A stretch of DNA of 64,000 nucleotides from Octopus bimaculoides (taxonomy: Eukaryota). Below, piece after piece: positions 63,181 through 64,000 of this stretch. The translations under genes and the position numbers were made by a program. The notes beneath the pieces were generated by a model, which searched no databases, was not told the DNA's origin, and was given only the letters and a program-made list of their open reading frames with translations. Location: the NCBI RefSeq assembly GCF_001194135.2, contig NC_069003.1, positions 28,419,639 through 28,483,638 of the forward strand, read 5' to 3'. Position 1 is the first letter of the stretch. Each line of letters opens with the position of its first letter.

Positions 63181-64000
63181 ACCTGGAACAGAATAGACCT
63201 AGGTTTGCGTAACAACAACATCAACAACAGTAATATATATAATTATTTAGCAAGGGGTATAAGCAAAGTTCTTTCGGAGCACTGAGCAAGATACGTTATA
63301 ATAAGTATCGTCATATTCCTGGTTCGTAGAGTGGACATGTAATGAGAATTACTGGTATTAGTAAAATAAATTCACATCAAATGGATTCGGAACTGATTCT
63401 CGGATTCTGTACGGTTGAAATCTATCTGTTGTTGCACATTGTTCCAAAACTTTGCTCTCGCTATTAGGCGGTGTACATTTAAAGATAAGACCGTAAAATA
63501 TAGTTATCATGTGGGAAATCTTTGAGGAAGTTGATTTTTATATTGAATAGAAGCTAAGAAAAAAGTGTTTTTTGTGTTTTTTTTTCCTTGTAAACAAAAT
63601 GACGTAAGCTTTTCTACAAATACTGTTTGTTTTAGTTGCTCAAATGTATATAGAAAATTCCTTATAGTACTTACAAATATTTACACACTATGTTCTTTTT
63701 TTTAACTTCAAACTCAATGTTCTTCAAGATTTTCTATAAAATAGCAATACCAAGTGGCGTTGGTAAGCTTACACCATCCCATAGGTCTGTCATGTTTATC
63801 TTCCCACTAGCCTCTCCACTCCTTTGGGTCATTCAACTGCCAAAGTCCTTTAACAGCTTTCAGAAATATGTCTTCTGCTAACAAGGTGAAGGATCGAAAT
63901 GCACTACGTACCAGTAACTCTTCTTTCTTTAGATCACGTTTTGCTTTTTTTTAATATTTACTTTTCATGCTCCAAAGATCTTCTTTCACTTCCTTTTATT

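Overview
AT-rich eukaryotic (animal) draft-assembly DNA with about 16 N-gaps, most of them flanked by microsatellites. The repeat families and the extreme microsatellite density suggest a cephalopod such as Octopus; this is inferred from the repeats, not confirmed. I found no intact host protein-coding gene, and most listed ORFs are microsatellite or gap artefacts. The window is a transposon graveyard. DNA elements are mariner, pogo/Tigger and hAT fragments, MITEs and a Helitron N-terminal remnant. Retroelements are R4/Dong-type RLE LINE pieces stacked in (AAT)n, Penelope-like (PLE) GIY-YIG fragments and many copies of at least three tRNA-derived SINE families. The most notable signal is a set of minimal hammerhead-ribozyme (HHR) motifs in PLE-type terminal repeats. 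One sits in a tRNA-headed SINE inserted as a head-to-head palindromic dimer (62428-62992), with a clean 12-bp target-site duplication, inside an old mariner. A few minus-strand exon-like segments, including an 18-nt microexon candidate, may belong to a long spliced non-coding or UTR transcript (low confidence). All alignments were done by eye, so element boundaries are approximate unless TSD or TIR coordinates are given.
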